A stretch of DNA of 64,000 bases from positions 124,001 through 188,000 of the forward strand of contig MU058217.1 of NCBI GenBank assembly GCA_013265495.1, written 5' to 3'. The DNA comes from Vicugna vicugna. Lineage: Eukaryota. Shown piece after piece: positions 62,621 to 64,000 of this stretch. Each line of letters starts with the position of its first letter. Position 1 is the stretch's first letter. The translations under genes were made by a program, and so were the position numbers. A model generated the notes under the pieces. That model was not told where the DNA came from. It worked only from the letters and a program-made list of their open reading frames with translations, and made no database searches.

Positions 62621-63514
62621 TTTTCTCTTCCCTGATCTCTCTCTCCTTCCTGGCGAAATTCCCTGATTTCTGTACTAGGCCACCCACTCCTGCCCCACAC
62701 AGCCCTTCAACCTCATCCTCTTCCTCCAGTTGTGGTTTTCTCTCTAAGGATCACCCTTCAATGCAGCCCCCACGCTCTCTCCCCTCTCTCTCCATTCCAG
62801 CCTTCCTCCTCCAGCTGAAGAAATGGCTCTTTTTCATTCCTATGTCCCCACTCATTTTCCTCTTGACAAATGCCATGACAACAATTACGGTTGACAATCC
62901 TTGCTATAGGAAAGTAGATTTCTTCATATATCCTAGTAGACTGGGAACTTTGTTTTTTGGTGTTTTGGGTTTTGTTATTTGGTTTTTTGGTGGCTGTCCT
63001 CTCCTTCGCCCCATCTTCCCAAACTACAGAGGGGGAAAATTCTCCCACATCCCCTTCCTGGAAAGTCAGGGCAGTCTGAAAAGCCCTGTGAATTCTGATT
63101 TTGCACAGGGCTTTTGCAGTGGCAGAAGGGGGCTGGGGAGCAGTGTGACACAATTGTCATGGCAACATGCTCCCTGGTGGGTCCTGGGCTGCACTCCCAG
63201 GCAGGGGAAGCAGCTCCCAAGTGTGTCTCTCGCTATGGGCATCAGAAGGCGAGCTGCCCTGGAAACAGGAGGGGCTGAGGCAGCAAGGCTTAGCAGGCAC
63301 CCAGTCTCAACAGCCAGACTGCCAGGTAGGCAAAGCCAGTGAGTCTGGTACTAGGCGAACAGGTAAGCTTGACCCAGGGCCTAATCAGAGCCCCACATGG
63401 GCAGGTCTCTACCCTCCCTGCATGATTTTTATTCCCTGATGATGTGGTCAGTTTCGGGCTGCAGGTGACTCCTGGCTCTGGGAATAAAAGTCAGCAAAGT
63501 CCATAACTCACTGT

Positions 63515-63690
63515 GTCAGTGGCTCCCAAACTTGGCTATTCATTGATACCCCTGGAGATCTTTACAATATCTTGATGCCTGCTTCCCCCTCCTGGACATT
63601 GATTTACTGAGTATGGAGTACAGGGTTGCCATCTGGATATTTTAAGTCTCCAGGTGACTCTGATATACAGCAAGAGGTGGGAACCTTGCA
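63515..63690. mobile_element. MER5A-like MITE (a second MER5-like relic follows to ~63850)
   Basis: cagtggctcccaaacttggct...cccctggagatctt...ctccaggtgactctgatatacagcaag. Confidence 0.65.
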
Positions 63691-64000
63691 CTCAGCCAAG
63701 GGTCTCAGCCAGGTCTGTGCGTGAGAACCACCGAGGAACTTAAGCATGCACACAGCATAGACCTCCCCAGCCAAAGTCTCCTCAATGGGTCCCAGGTATC
63801 TGAATTTGTCACAAGCTCCCAGGGATTCCAGTGAACTGTTGGTGTTTTATATCATGAATCCAGCATAACATAAGGCAAAGCTTTGTAGAGTGGATGGTCA
63901 ACAAGGAATGTGGGAGAATTGGGAGTGGACTAGAGGCTTCCATGGGCCTCATTTTCCTCCTCGGGGTAGGTCTGGATGGGAGATGTTGCACTGAAATTGT

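Noticed and set aside
62761..63342. 193-aa ATG-initiated ORF with hydrophobic stretches
   Set aside because: Hydrophobicity comes from T-rich low-complexity DNA; no domain, promoter context or codon bias.

Overview
Mammalian genomic DNA, most likely camelid: it carries eight tRNA-Ala-derived SINEs resembling camelid Vic-1 and cetartiodactyl-type L1 3' ends. The first 6.5 kb hold the last six exons of a sarcomeric myosin heavy chain gene on the + strand. All introns are GT-AG and phase 0, and the exons encode 215 C-terminal residues ending ...[12 protein letters not shown], which matches MYH13 (extraocular/superfast MyHC). A short 3' UTR and AATAAA follow. The remaining ~57 kb has no credible protein-coding gene and is mostly transposon relics (L1, L2, L3/CR1, MIR, MLT1, LTR16, ERV1 solo LTRs, hAT and Tigger MITEs, microsatellites). 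By synteny with human and mouse this is the MYH13-GAS7 interval, but GAS7 itself is not visible. The most interesting signals are regulatory. (1) A CpG-rich island at ~54.85-55.73 kb overlaps a MER41-like solo LTR packed with YY1, ETS, ZNF143/THAP11, CRE-half, GC-box, CCAAT and tandem GAS motifs, suggesting a co-opted promoter/enhancer. (2) Two strong CTCF motifs in divergent orientation (9.3 kb minus, 57.0 kb plus) suggest a domain boundary. (3) An AT-rich, homeobox/forkhead-motif-dense unique block at ~58.7-59.0 kb contains a perfect 12-bp inverted repeat. No novel protein-coding system is supported. Repeat family names were assigned from memory of consensus sequences, not by search, and their boundaries are approximate.
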